Assembly: GCA_000934665.2 (NCBI GenBank)
Contig: KZ537970.1
Coordinates: 1-64,000 of the forward strand
Direction: 5' to 3'
DNA length: 64,000 nt
From: Catajapyx aquilonaris
Taxonomy: Eukaryota
Shown piece after piece: positions 37,368 to 51,700 of this stretch. Below the pieces are notes generated by a model. The model worked only from the letters and a program-made list of their open reading frames with translations. It ran no database searches and was not told the DNA's origin. The translations under genes were made by a program, and so were the position numbers. Each line of letters opens with the position of its first letter. The stretch's first letter is position 1.

Positions 37368-39615
37368 CTAGTTCTTGGAGGTGAGGATGGACACAAACTC
37401 TGGAAGAAGAGCGGAATCCACTCTCTCCCAACAGAACTTCAGCTTTTAGAGGCACATGCACATTGTACAGAAAAAGGACGACATGCACTGGCAATTTTGT
37501 AAAGAGTTTTGTCAGTAATACCAATCATGCATGGCACTATTAAAATAGTGCATTACTATACCCTGTGCACCTCACTTTTGCGGAACACGGAAATTTCAAG
37601 CTCAGAAATAGCATGTGAAACTCCACAGACCAACATTAAATCTTTAAACGAAGATTAGGAATATTCTAGCCAGAAAATCACAACTCAATCAGCCAATGAT
37701 CGATTTGCTGAGAATAATTTCCTCCTCATGAATGTCACTTCCTCAGTTGACTTTTTGGAACTGCTCGTGACATTTGCCATAATGCCTTCGCCACGCCTAT
37801 CGTGGTGGCATAGAGCAGCGCATGAACCAGAGTTTATGTGCAATGAGCCAGAGTGAGTTAATTAAGAACATACCTTCGTAATTGACGAGGCCATCGCCGT
37901 CAATATCTGCCTCTCGAATCATGTCGTCCACCTCTTCGTCGGACAGCTTTTCACCCAGATTGGTCATCACGTGGCGAAGTTCCGTTGAGGAAATGAACCC
38001 ATCGCCATTTTTGTCAAACACTCTGCAATGGGGAAAAAACGGCATTCATGAGTTGTTGAGGACCTCGACCTGCTGCTATCTCGGAGAGTGGCAATAACAT
38101 TAGAGTGTCGCAAACAGCAACCGAAAGCAGTGATTTCATATGCACAAATAACTTGGGCATCGTCCACTTGCAGAGACCTGCGTATAGGTAATTGCGTTTA
38201 CCTCGATGAATAATGAATTTCGCGACGCAGGCCAGTGCATATTGCAAAGTGGTTGGCGCCTAACGAGCTATGCCCCATTTGAGAGATTAGAGTCGCAAGG
38301 TGGAGGCGCAAGTGAGTATTTTCTCTTTTCCAGAAACGCAATTATTTTCACTTCCATTTCCCTGGGCTTAGAAAAAGCCCTCGCCTAATGGGACATGTTC
38401 CCGGAGCCAGTTTCCGTCTCGCCTAATCAAAATTCATTAAGATTGACTGGGAAACATGATGAGCTTCCTAAACACAAGGCAATTCCTTCCTCTCGGGATG
38501 CGGAATTTCGTTGGCTACCACAAAGGTACCTGAAAGCCTCTCGAAGCTCTTCCTCGTTGTCAGCGTCCTTCATCTTCTTGGACATCATCTGGAGAAACTC
38601 GTTGAACTCGATAGTGCCGTTGCCGTCAACGTCCACCTCGTTGACCATGTCTCTCAGCTCCGTTTCTGAGAGAAGGGTGAATATATCAAACTCCTTGTCA
38701 CACGAACGATCCGACATTCATCACCGTTAGAAGACAGTAGGCTATCAACTGACAGAACACTGCAGCACCACTACTTGGATATTTCCCAAGGTGATGACTG
38801 TGCTGCAGTGTCCTTCGTAAGAGGTCATTTGCATGAACCATGCTTTATTTAAAGTTGTATGAAACATTCAGATTAAATTCGGGTTTTCAATGACTTATGG
38901 GGCAACGCACCTTTCTGTACGTTATTAATGATTCTCTTCGCAATGTTGGCATGCACTTGAGGTATACTTGGCCACAACTAGCTACTTGTGTGCTTACCAG
39001 TAGGTCGCTGACCCAGTGAGCGCATGACGACGCCCAATTCAGCCACGGTGATCATCCCATCCTCGTCCTTGTCGAAGAGCATGAAGGCTTCCTTGAATTC
39101 TGCGAAGCAACGGGAACTTATGTCATTTTTGGAGGTGGTATTAAGCACTTGTATGCGGCTGATATAGAGTCAGTCAGATGTGCATTTAGTTCTGCGAGTT
39201 AGTGGGGTCGACAGGAATCTCAAGAGTCTGACGGATCAGCCAAAACGTCAAGCATCCTCCTTCATGCTATGCCAAGCAGAGGCAGTCTCATGCAGGAAAT
39301 GCGTTCCGGCTTCCTTTTGCCAAAAACAGCAGCAGATATTCCCCCCCCNCCCCCCCCCTTTGCCAGCAGACTCACCCACATTTTCCTCCCACCTCACCCA
39401 CTCGACTACCTTCCCTCACCCACCTACTCGCAAACCATTTATGAATGGGGGTTCCGACCTTGGCCATTCCTGCACGCCACCGCTACTGGCTCTCATTAAG
39501 ACCAGCATATCAGCCCACCCATAATAAAGCGCAACTCATTGTGTACATGCACATGACGGCCAGGTGGAAGACATGACTCACCGGCCACTTGCTCCTCAGA
39601 TAGTCCATATTCAGT
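37368..39615 (-). CDS. Calmodulin-like protein, four canonical EF-hands (core exons)
   Basis: complement(join(37368..37399,37874..38022,38530..38665,38998..39099,39582..39615)) = [150 protein letters not shown]. Too divergent to be canonical calmodulin; needs a phase-0 upstream exon. Confidence 0.93.
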
Positions 39616-42600
39616 CTGGAAAAAAAGAAGACAAAAAATGAAAGTAAAATTTTTATTTAAATAATACAGTAGCCGCCTACGGTTATTCCCTTCAACCTAC
39701 AAAGGTTATGTTTACACAGTTTATTAATTTACTCAAGACCGTACAAAACGGTCACTTATGCACTCCAAATATTTGATTAAAACGGTGAACGGCAAAAAAT
39801 TTATTTCCAAAAATATCGATTTGCACGCTACGGAAATTCCGAATCAGATTCATCAAATGTGCAAATAGATAGAAATATACAGATTGCTATATTTTTCATG
39901 CCTATTGAGCAAATGCGGACTAACCCACCCGTACGTAAAGTGACAGTTGAAATTTAAAAAAAAAATGATACAAACTTATAAAAACAAAACAAAAAAAAAT
40001 GTAGAGCTGGTTATTAACGCACAATAATATTAATATTGGAGAAGATTTGCACGTCAGTTGAAAACCCAAATATAATCTATAGATTGAATCTGCATATGTA
40101 AACAGCAAATATTACGATTCAATAGGAATACTACGGATATATCATTCAGAATGGTACAAATGATTTGTTTCAAAATATTTTAAATGGTGTTTAAATTTAT
40201 GGGGAAGAAGGTGATTCCCGGTGTTCCATAATTGCTGAGCCATTACCTCGAATGTATCACCTGTGATAGATTATTTTTCCATCAATCGTTCAGTTACGTG
40301 ATACTCCCAGTGTATATATTTACATATTATCCAGCAGACGGTACAGATGTTGGGCAATATCTATTATTAGCAGAAGAATGTTCTCTATTGACCTACTTTT
40401 CCTTACCAAGAAAACCTGCTAAAACAACCACGTACTTGCCAACCCAGTTTAATATCTAGGCCAAATTTAGCTCGATTTTAATTACAACCTCTTCAATTAA
40501 TCATACGTCTGTGAAATTGAACCAAGTCCGGCATGATTAGAGATCGTTAACGTTTTATTTATTTGCGAAAGTGTAAATAGCATCGAAAGCTATTTTGAAG
40601 CCAAGACCATTACACGCTCGGGTGACACGCACGCCGTGTCAACCAGGTCCGTATCATTTTGATACAGAGTCCTGGCTTCCTACTCGTGTTGATTGGTTCA
40701 AGATTTGCGCCTCGTTTTGTTCTTGGAAAAGTTGGCAGGTCGCGTTGCCGACTAAAAATACCGGGTCTGGTCCGCTACGGGAAAAAAAGTAATTTTCTGA
40801 AGACGACGACGCAGGCCAAAGCCCGTGACTGGCTCTCGCTTTTACTCGCCTGACACACAATAGGACACGCTCACTCCCTCAGCACGCCCACACACATTCC
40901 CTCAAAAGTAGTTGCGCCGTACCTGCTGATGTCCACCCAAACTTTTTTTTAAACCCCCTTCGGTCCAGGCAAAGCCGCAAACTGGACCACTCCAGCAGGA
41001 AGTTTGTCTTTCCGTCGCCCGATTTTGACAAAAGCCTGCCCCGGAGTCAAGCCTCAGATACACTGCCTGTGGGATTATTATCTCATAACTTGAGCAAGTT
41101 CTCCAATGGTGGGGTATGTACATTTTGCAACCGCACATCCTGTTCCGTTTGTTCTCTGCAATGTGGGGGGCACTGATTCCACAGAGGGTGGGTGTGCCCA
41201 TCTATATGGAGGGCAACTAATTATATCGGGCACCGCAACCGAGAACAATGACCGAATCGAGCTGAAATGAAATTTTCGCGACCCACTGCGGATATTGGCT
41301 TGGAAAAATGGATACTTGAGCGATAAGGCAGTTTAGCAAAATTGCAGCAAAAAAAATCACTTCATCTGGGAATTTGCTCCACAAAGAAAACTCAAACATG
41401 TGGAATCGGACCAAAAGCTAACACGATAAATAACCAAGCCGTAGACTAATCTGGGAAGGTTGCCATTACCAAGACGATTTTCTGGGGGTAGTTACGGAGG
41501 TGCCCCCCTTATATTTTTTTCGACACGCCTTAGAGGGGAACATCTTTGTTGCACAGCCGGGGTTGTTAATCCGGGGGAACGTAATTCCAGAGAGCTGGCT
41601 GGCGGCTGCGTTCATTCATGAGCCAGCAAATGAAATTCCCTTTGGAATGAATCCATGGGCACCAGCATCAACTGCGCGCACCCCCCAAAAAATTCTACCA
41701 ACTGCTGCAAAAAACGTATGGTTTTTTTAAAAAGGAAGGGACGAGGATTGGTGCAGTAGGTGTAAGTAATAAGGAACATGTGCGGGTGGAAATGACCTCG
41801 ACGGTGGTCCCCACCATGATGGTCCCCCCGCCTTGAATGCAAATCGATGAATCTCCAGCGAGCTTGGAAGAGACAGGTTGTCAGGAGGCGCCGGAGCATC
41901 TGAACGGAATGGAAATGGAGGCTGCCTTAATCGATGACGCCGACGAAGGCTTCTCTGGCTGCTGCCTCCATTCCTGCCCCACTAATCCTTCCCTTATAAC
42001 AGTCCAGAATGCCACCCCCCAAAAAAGGAAAAAAAAAATCCTCCGAAAAAGAAAATATACTTCCGACACGAAAAGCCCAAATCCCCGTTTAATTTGCTGA
42101 GTATATCCATTAGAAATAGAGAAGAGGCTCGGGGGTTGAAGGATGGCGTGGTAAACAGTCGAGACAAGGCAAGCCTGCGAGGTGATGTTATTTCTTAAGG
42201 GGCAACGAATATTCCGGCGGCCTGAACAACATTTTCTTGGGGTGGAAAAAGCTCGGCCGAAAATCCCTCGTCGCTGTTGGAATGAGATCTAGAATTTATT
42301 TTTAGGGAATTGTTCCAGAGCATTAAGGCGAAGGAATTTGCGCGCCCCGGCAGCAGACCAACTCTTACACTCCGTAGTGTAGTCAACTTGTGGCCACTAC
42401 TCTCATTTTCTTCCCGAAATAAAGGCCCATATTTTTGACCGTAAAACATTCGAAGAGGCGTTTTAGCATGTTTACTCCTGCCGACCGCAATTCGTAACAA
42501 TGCGACAATGTTGCACCCACCGAACGCATTAAATTAATTGGCCCTCTTTTTTTGTTGATAAAATGAGGTTAGACCACTTTGGCCAGATGCCACTCAATTG

Positions 42601-42807
42601 TCTCCGGAATAAGAAACTGCTAGTTTATTTACGCTGTTTTTTTTTCCTCCAGTCCTTCATAACTGTCAGACCGCTTCTTCGGTTGGCAACCTTCCCGCCT
42701 TTAAGCGTATTGGCCCGATATTGGCTGCGTCATTTTATAGCTTGCCGGCACCCCTATTATGCAGTACTACGGATTGTTCATCCCAGCAACGAGTGACAGA
42801 TACTCAC

Positions 42808-42942
42808 TGACTGCTTTTGCGCCTCTCGCGACTCCATGCTAACCATCCGGTCATACTCGGCCCCATACTTATGCTCCTCCTGTCCTTCTGCCTTGGTGTC
42901 GGCCATGTTCCCAGGCTGACCTTCTGGCTGGTTCCGCACCAT
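42808..42942 (-). CDS. Candidate alternative first coding exon of the calmodulin-like gene
   Basis: MVRNQPEGQPGN-MADTKAEGQEEHKYGAEYDRMVSMESREAQKQS then TCA|GTGAGT, phase 0 (second ATG at 42906). Confidence 0.6.
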
Positions 42943-45541
42943 GGACCGAACCGCAAGCTGCACGGGTCAGGCAGGCACTGATGGCCAAACTATCAACCGC
43001 AAGTGGTTTTCAGGAGAGTGGACTGATACCGCTAGTGTACTACCTCGTGGCCAATTTCACAAGATCCCGGGCCCAGGTTGGAAGGGAGAGTAAGCCACCG
43101 CTTTATTTATTCTCCGTGGAGTGAAAATAGGCTGCCAGGGGAGGGTGGGTGGGTAGGGCTTCTTCTTTCTACCCATCGGACTCCCGGTCCACCATGCCAA
43201 ACGATTCAGGGCTGCCAACACAACCGACCCATCCCAGGAACAATTGCTCAGCTGTCCACGTTACATATTCCGAAGAATGGCGTGTGGATCCAACAATGTG
43301 ACGGGTGTGATGGATTGCTGACTGAAAAATTGACCTGCAATGGCCTTTAATAATATATTTCCATATCGCATCGATCGGGTCATTAGCGCGCATTAGTGGA
43401 CGCATTTGTGAGAACAGGTGGGCCTACTGCCCCATTATGTTAATTTTCGTGCGCAAAATTAAGTGCGATGGTCGTAATGGCGTAAAAAATAAATAGGCGG
43501 TTATGTCGACATAAGGCTTGTCGCACTCGATATAATTGAGCATTTTTTTCAATAATTTACTGCTCACGTGCGCGATGCAGAGGGAATCGTTGTAGCCATT
43601 TGTACCGCATGGTATTATTAAGCCGCGAAATAATAGCCACAAATGAGTGAGCATTTGAAGGTTGAGCCCATTTTAAAAATTAATTTCCGTACAGCTCTCT
43701 TCAAAAGTACAGCACAAAGACGTGCAGGTTCAGGTCTGCAAATGTTTAATGCAATCGTATCGGGCTATAGGAACGCGATATTACTCCTCAAGGACTTTGC
43801 GTCTTGATCAAATGCAGGTGAAGGCAGCAGAAGGCATTGTTTCGCTACCGGAACAGCAGCACTTGGATTCCAATTTGCAGAAGACAATGTCTTCTACACG
43901 CAATTTGCTTCCAGGCAGATGAACAATCGTGACATTAAGAGCAGCGCCTAAAAAGTACTTAAGCTCTCCATTCTCTGCGAGACCCGGAGCCTGCTGCTGC
44001 CTGAGCCTATTTTCTGTTGACCCAAGAGCAATTAGTTCCTGGGTGGGTTCGACAACAGAGAAAAGAGATCGATCTCTTCTGGAGGGTGAGCGATGTAAAG
44101 AGGTTACAGTTGGAAAATTCCTGGCAAATGAACAAAGACTGCGGGATGGATGGATGGAAGCAGCGGGTGGTTGCGGGATAAGGGGAGAGGGGGGGGGGTA
44201 TGGTTGAAAGAACTTACAGATCACTTTGCTTTCTGACAGCTGAGAAGACCTGGCATGAGACCAAGCAAGTCCCCAAGTGCCCATCGTCATTTGCATTTGG
44301 CCACATAATCCACAACGGGAACTTTGTAGTTAGTTAGTTATCAGCAAATATGCGGTTCTGACACGGTCTTTACCAAACTTGAAGGTCTTTCGGATGTTCT
44401 TTGGCCCAGTTGGGACAGTCAAGCGACTTCCGATGCACTCGACACGTGTCACACTGTAATAAGGCGGAAATTATGCAGAACGGAAACGAGCCGCCAAGTA
44501 ATCAAACTCATTCGTTTGCATTACTGGAACCAGCCCCGCCGTCGCTGGCATCTGGTTTCGACTCCACGGGACAGTCATGTGGTTGGAATGCAAATTGTGA
44601 CCGTGGCATCCAGCAGGAAATTACTTGTTGGATTACCCGTGCAGTTGGGATGTATTCAGGTGCAATATGGAATGGCACTGCAATCAAGCCCTGATTGACG
44701 CGTATTACTACAGGGTCATAAACTTGTCAATAGCAATGATGGGGAAACAATGCGCAACTAAGCCACGTCGAGCAAGCCATTTTTTTTTCAGGGCTTGTTA
44801 TCCAATCATCGATTCAGGAGAAAATTGTATGCGAACCTGGTGCCCAGCGACTGTTTATTTGCCATCTCACGCTTCTTGGGTGGTGTCCAACGCAAGTGGC
44901 ACCTTGGACTACGTAAGAGCCTGAGGGGCATCCTTACACCTTATACACACTGGCGTAGACAGCAACAGCCGTTGGGTTTTTACGATAATGGGTGGGCGCT
45001 ACTAGGTACTTGGAACACGTTTATTAGCAAATGTTAAGACCCATAAAACCGGTTCTCAAGCCGGGATGATTGCCTTATTAAAACTCAAACCGAATATCGG
45101 GAGGCATATTTACTGTGCGAGTGCTGTACAACCCCCCGATCGATCTGTGTTTAGCCGACAAAATGTCGCACTTGAGTTTGACATGGAATAGACACGAGAG
45201 GCCATCATCGTCAGTGTCCTACTTTGGCGCGCACTAAACCAACATGCGTTACCGACGGCAATGGCTGCAGTCTTCATTACGGGCAACGAATCCTCCTTTC
45301 CGGAACCCTAATTCCCCAAGCTAATATGAGCAAGTCCCGCGGAGCAAACTTCGGTATAAACGAAGCTTTTGATCTACCGTCGGATACCCGCTGCCATATT
45401 GGATCTGCACACGTTAGCACTTCAAAGGAGCAGCGACGGAACCAAGAAATGGAAACCACGCACATGTGCTAATTATACAATGATGCTTTCTCCCTTATTA
45501 AAATTATTGCGCCTTATGCAACATGAGTGAAGGATACTAAC

Positions 45542-45775
45542 CAGATCGATGGTGACAATGAGGTCATATTGCTGGTGTCGCTGGCCCTTCTTTCCCTTCT
45601 TTCCGGGCTTGACGTTTCCTCCCTTTGGAGGAGCCTTCACCTGTCCCTTCTGTGCGGTGGGCTTGCCCGTCGGCTTCTGCCCGGCCTTGGTCTGCCCGCC
45701 CTTCTGGACGGGAACAACCGACTTCTGACCCGCTGCACCCTTCTGGGTCCCGCCATCCGCCGGCTTGTTGCGGGC
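45542..45775 (-). CDS. Lys/Gly/Gln-rich alternative exon of the calmodulin-like gene (78 codons)
   Basis: tttgtccttag|GCC...CTG|gttagt, phase 0-0, no stops: ARNKPADGGTQKGAAGQKSVVPVQKGGQTKAGQKPTGKPTAQKGQVKAPPKGGNVKPGKKGKKGQRHQQYDLIVTIDL; strong C/G third-position bias. Confidence 0.75.
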
Positions 45776-48700
45776 CTAAGGACAAAGGTCATAATAATAA
45801 GAGACAATGTTTCACTATAACAATGCCACAGATTCACCATCTATAACCTCGCTTACCTCGAATTTACCAACAATATTACACTCGAGAAATTTCGGACACA
45901 TAAGTTGTACTACCTGTATGAAACTATAGTAGAAACACAAGATGCACTATAGTGTTGAAATTCGAAAGCATGCTGCGTTGGGAGTCTTAACTTTGTTTGC
46001 AAGTTGGGCGTTAAGACGTGGTTTTGGGAGCAGGGTTCGCCACCCTTCTAACCAAGTGGAAATGCGAAATCAGGCGACGTAGTTTCCAATTGATTTAGCA
46101 CCAGCTGCTAACGAGATTGAGGTCCATTCAAGGTGGAAGGAGCCTTTCCCCGACATATTCGCTGCCTGCTGTTGCCAGGTCCGGCAAAATTGCTCAACAA
46201 TAGCCTTCATCAGGGGAGGACAATTACAGGGCCTGACCCTGCACTCTTTCAAGACGGACATGAGGCTTCCAGACCATAAAAAGGGGGCGGCATCCTGGAC
46301 CAATTACACACCTCCCCATCTGTAGAACAACCGAGTTTTTGGAGGGAAACTTTGTGGAACCAGCTGCAACCCGGTTTGCTAACGACCCCATAGGTTTGGA
46401 AAGTGCTGCGCTGGCCCACTTTAATTCCACCCATATCCGACTCTTGACCTCTCCTTTATCCGACGGAAGCAGTCAGCAATTTCATTGGACACTTTCTATC
46501 CACAATGGGCAGATGTCACAACTCAAGTGCAGCCTATAGGAAGCGGCCTTTTCTTGTCCAAACACTCCTAGCGTTAGAAGCGTATATTTTCATTTGCCGA
46601 TAGAAGCTAGGACTTGATTGACGGATTCAATTATGTCACGCTAGTTGTAATAGACGGTATAGCTGCAGATAAATCTTGAGAAAAGGCCTCGCATTATTTC
46701 TCATCTCACAATATTGCAGCGTTACTTAGGCAGGCAGCGCCTGGCACCTCGGGAGTGTATTGCATTAGCGCAATGGCTTCGCAGGTAAACAGAGTGTGAT
46801 GAAATGGAGTCGACGTTGGAGGTAAGATCGTGGAACGAGGCAAACGGGATGCAGGTCGTGTGTAGGACAAAACGAATAAGAGAGAATGTCCTTGAGGTGG
46901 CTCGTTCATCCTGGACTCCAGGCAACTTCAGTGCCTCTTTTGTTCGGCGGATTACATAAGCACTTGGGGCAGCTGGGATTGGCCTATGCCTTTCACAGTT
47001 GCATAGGCAGTGCTGCGGAGTACTGGTACTGTATACAAAGGACTGAAGGAGAATTGCATTATGCTGTGGGAAATGTGAGAGTCACTCATACTCATCAGGG
47101 GGGAATTAAACAGGCCAGCTCTTCTGGCGAGTAAGCATGGATGCAGTATAATGTTGCTCTCGAAGAGCAGCCAGTTTCAATATAAGTGTGTGACTTTTGT
47201 GGTATTTTCATGCAGCTGACATCAACAGATTGTCAACAAGTTGGTTGCTCTCGAGATGACCAGCTGTTGTTCTTTTTCTGATGTAAGAGGTCAGCCATAA
47301 GAGAGGCAATTCCCGGCGTTTCATTTTATCTCCAATGCAGTGCGGTAGAATAATAAGTCTGAAAATGATAGGCCGAAAGTGCGGTCACATGGAGACGTAC
47401 AGTAACTTGGCCACAAATAGGTAGCGCTTTATCTAAACCTGCAGCTTTAAAGGTTTATGTCAATCAGAACAGGAGGTCGATATTAACCTTGCTTAGCAGC
47501 GTAGTCTATAGTACGTCGCAATGCTTGGATAACTTTTAGTACCATAATAAAATACGTATGATTTCACAGAAGAAAAAGTATTCTACAAAATTCAACAACG
47601 GCCGCCGATTTTGTTCCCTCTGTTCAATATGTTCTCTATTCATTACACTGCAGTGTACTGAAAACCAATGCATACCGCAGAATATTGTATGCAGATCTTT
47701 CAAGTGCAGCCAGTACAAGCGTAATGGCATATTGCCGAACACATCACAAAATTTCTATACTGTAGTATAGTCGTTATACATATCGAACCACCGCATACCA
47801 CATGCCTAGAGCTTTCACCTGTCACAATGGGAAGTTATTTAGCTATTACTACAAAGCATATACTGTACATTGATGGGAAATACTCAATGCAAGTAGTTTG
47901 CTGATGCATCTGGTATTGTAGGACATCTTTTCAGTTGTTACACATATATGCCCACAAGCTAGCTGTCATTAATAAATACCTTGAAAGTGCCTGGATGTCT
48001 AATTAATTCCCCCAGCTCGAAGTCAATCTCCCACAGATCTCCAAGTTAGTCCCTAATAAGCCGGATGACTCGCGCTCGCCTATGCAGGAAATGGGTAGGA
48101 AATTGAGACTCCTGGAATGCGGCGCGTCCATCAACCTTGTTGGTCCAATGTTCCAGACAGGCACACGAAAAAGTGTGCCGTTGACTGACATCCGTCCCTC
48201 TTCATTTCTCCGTACTCGCCCTTCCGAAACCTGTACTGTCCACTAGGGAAATCTGCTCAAAAGCTGCTGCTTCTGCCTCGACTCCCACATTGCAATTCCG
48301 GTACACGGCCAAGGGAAAGTCTATACTCCAAAAAGTTTCACCTGGAAAATTTTCGGAGAGCCCAGTCAGGATGAAATTTACGAGCTGCGGCATCCCTTAA
48401 GCCTGTTATCTGTTCGGAGCTAAAGAGGCTCTTTATCCCGTGCGACACTGAGAAGTCATAGGACGATGCTGCGGGATACCTTTGCGGGATTTGCACAACT
48501 TGAATACTGACTGACACGTGGGCGGGTATGGCGTCGGATTTAATTCAGCCTTTTTGCTGATACTCAATCCCCCTCCTTGTTGCTCTTGCCACTAGTTTTA
48601 AACTGTTCATCAGTTTCTGCCGTGGGATCAGTACGACTTAACCTACTTTCATTCTCAGTGCATACGTAACTGTCTATGGTAACTGTACCCAGCCCTCTCT

Positions 48701-51700
48701 TTTTTTTACTAACAGAACGTACCCTGGGGGGACGGAACCAATAGCTTTTGTGAACTTAATATTTCGCTAAAGTTTTCAGTACTTACGTGACTGGAGGCTA
48801 ATCTTTTTTATGGCCTTTCATCTGATTGAGCACTTCTAAATTACACATATTGGTTACTAAAGATATTGGAAGAAGTTGGGAAATATTACAGGCTCTTCGT
48901 CAAATTCTCTTGAAATATAACTGCGACGAATGATGTTAACTAGTTCAGCGTTAGTTTATTGAATTGAAACTACTAATTACTTCAGCAACTCTTCACGATT
49001 AGTTAGAAAAACCTTCAACTTTATACTGGCATCTCCGTTAAAATTCTTATTACTTCTCGAGCAGAACAGCGGTGCTTTATACTAAAAGTCTTCCCATTTT
49101 TACACAATAAATTCCGTGTTAGCGTTAAACCATACCTGTAATGTCATAACGACATAATGTACCCCAGCTTAGCTAATTCCCAGCTGGCAAAATGGCCGCA
49201 TGAATGATTAACGACAAAAAGAGGCAGCCCTCATTAATCCCAAGTAAATTTTTTAGCGTCCCATTAATTGAAGAAGTTGCCTGCTTCCATGGGCGCTTCA
49301 ACGCCAGGGGTATGTTCTTTAACGTCTAGAATAAAGCCTGGGGATATAGAGCAAAGGTTATGTCGCAAACAAATAATAATAAAAAAAACTACAGCGAGAG
49401 AAGCCTTGGCTTCAGCTCGTTTGGGGAGCCTGTACAGTCCCACTCTCGCCCTGTCGACAACGCATAGATCCTCTGCATTGTAGCTCTCTCATCTTTTATG
49501 CACTCTTGCCGCAACAAGAAATGGGGAAGCGTGTCCCATTTATAAGCCGCACAAAAGACAGCTGAAGTGGGGCCTTGGACACGACCCAAGATGTCCCCAT
49601 CCTCCTTTTTTTTCTCTAAACAACATCGCCGTCAATACATCTGACTGAAAGGCAATGTTACAGCAAGAAACCTGGCTAGAAAATTAGCCGTCGGCATGCT
49701 ATTAAGCTGCAACCGGCAACGCAGCAAACTCCGAACTCCATTATCCGTTTCTAGGAGAGTTTGAGCGGAATTGCAATTGTGGCGAGGAGACTGAGTGATT
49801 TGGGCCTCAGGCTCTGTCTCCTAGCTGCCGATGATGCAGCTTCAACGCCCACCATCCTCAGAATAGAAAAAGATCCTGTCACACTGGGCTAATGAGATGG
49901 TCGCCCGATCCCAGCCTAATTAGCTGGTATACATTCCGACATTTTGTATACGGACCCGCTTGTTCATATTCAGGAGGAAGCTGACAGCCGGATAAGAATT
50001 TCTGCCCCCGTGGAGAACCAGCTTCAAAATTTGGGATTCGGCGAGCAATACGCAGCAGTCGGTCCTTGTCCTCGATGCATTTGTATCGCCTAATCACCAC
50101 TTCCGACACCAAAACCGGGGCGTTATCTTCCCGCAGAGGCCGTGTGTTTAACTCTTTTCATACGCAAACAGCCTGTCCAGAACAATCTACCGTATCAAAC
50201 ATGCAAAGTGCATTAAAATTGCTTACGCCCAAAATATGCCGCTATTTGGGCGCTTCGCCCAGAATAATTCATGCGGACGCGCTTTTCAAAATCGAATGCT
50301 CCAGTTGCAGTTTACGGTTTCCACCGAAATGAAAACATCTGGATGCAACACTATATGGCGAAGGGAGGGCCTCAGATGGTTCTCATTTAGTGAAAATCCC
50401 GGCTGCTGCGTGGCAGTTCCAAGATTTTGACGATGCAGCAGTCAGCTCATCAAATTCATAAGCTGCTCTTGAAAAAAGAAACCAAGTGGATACAACTACT
50501 TTTACCTTACTATAAATTTAATAGCAAACTGGTGCAATCCACTCTCGTTAAACATTCAGCGCATAAGAGAAGCCGCATTTTGCATTGACCTCGAAAGCTG
50601 TATAGCACACGCCAGCAGGCATCATCAAAATTTATGTAACCCTCCCCCCCCCATTTACGCAATTTATTAATTGAAAAAGTTTGCCAGGGAATTTAATTAT
50701 CCAGGCGATACTTAAACCTAATCAGGGTCTGAACTTCAAACGGATTTACTGCGTATCTGTCCCCGTCTGGGGTGATTACTGAATTGAGACTTGGGAGATA
50801 ATTATTGGCCTGCCTTTGACTAACTGCGTTGCGTCGACCCAACTCCAGGGCTGCCATGGAAATATCCCCCGTAACCACGACAACGCTTCCAAACACTACC
50901 ATAGATGAGCCTTGATTTTCTATGGGTACGTCCTCCAAGAGTCTTTTCAATCTAGTTTAAGCTCTCGCCTCATTGCTCGTGGCCCTTTTTTTGACGCTCG
51001 GATTCATTAGGACATGAAGCCCGCAAATGGCGCCTGCTTCCAGGAACGACAACATCAGCAGGCTTAATTCTGACAGCCATCGACTGCCGAGGCACATAAT
51101 TGCCATTGTCCTCCTACCAGTACCAAGTGCTGAATAGACCGCTCTCCGAAAAATAAATCCAGGGGGGTCTTTTTTTCCTTCCTGGAAAGAGTGAATCCAT
51201 TATGCGCACCCAGTAGCCTACGGGTGAAAAAAAAGGTCGTCTAGAAGGGGCCTTGGGGAAAATATGCGAGGACCTGAAAGCTTCTTTATGAGTGAGAGGA
51301 ACAAGGTCATCGGTGGCGACCGCACCCATCTGGAATGGGGCTCTTTGGATCTTGAGCACAGGCACTTGGAACGAAAAAATCGAACCCGTGGCCTGGAGAT
51401 GGTTTAAAAAAAACAGGATAGTGTGTACCACAGGCCAAGGGACCTGCACGATATTAAAGCAAGCCGTAAAAGGAATCAAATTGCATTTGATGGCTCATCT
51501 CCGGACCTTTGGGTTATACTCCTCCCATAGTAAGCAAAAGCTAGCTTTTGGAGCGTTCATCTGGAGCTGTCACATGCACAATAGGGGCCTGGAATCACGA
51601 TTTTATCTCCCCTCACACAACCCACTTCCCTGTCCGGGGCACACTGTCCCCCCATCCCTTTATCCATGTGTTGTTAAAGCTAATAGCGACAAGCGCGACG

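Noticed and set aside
37368..39615. Canonical calmodulin (Cam)
   Set aside because: Many substitutions relative to near-invariant animal calmodulin (e.g. [37 protein letters not shown]); called calmodulin-like.
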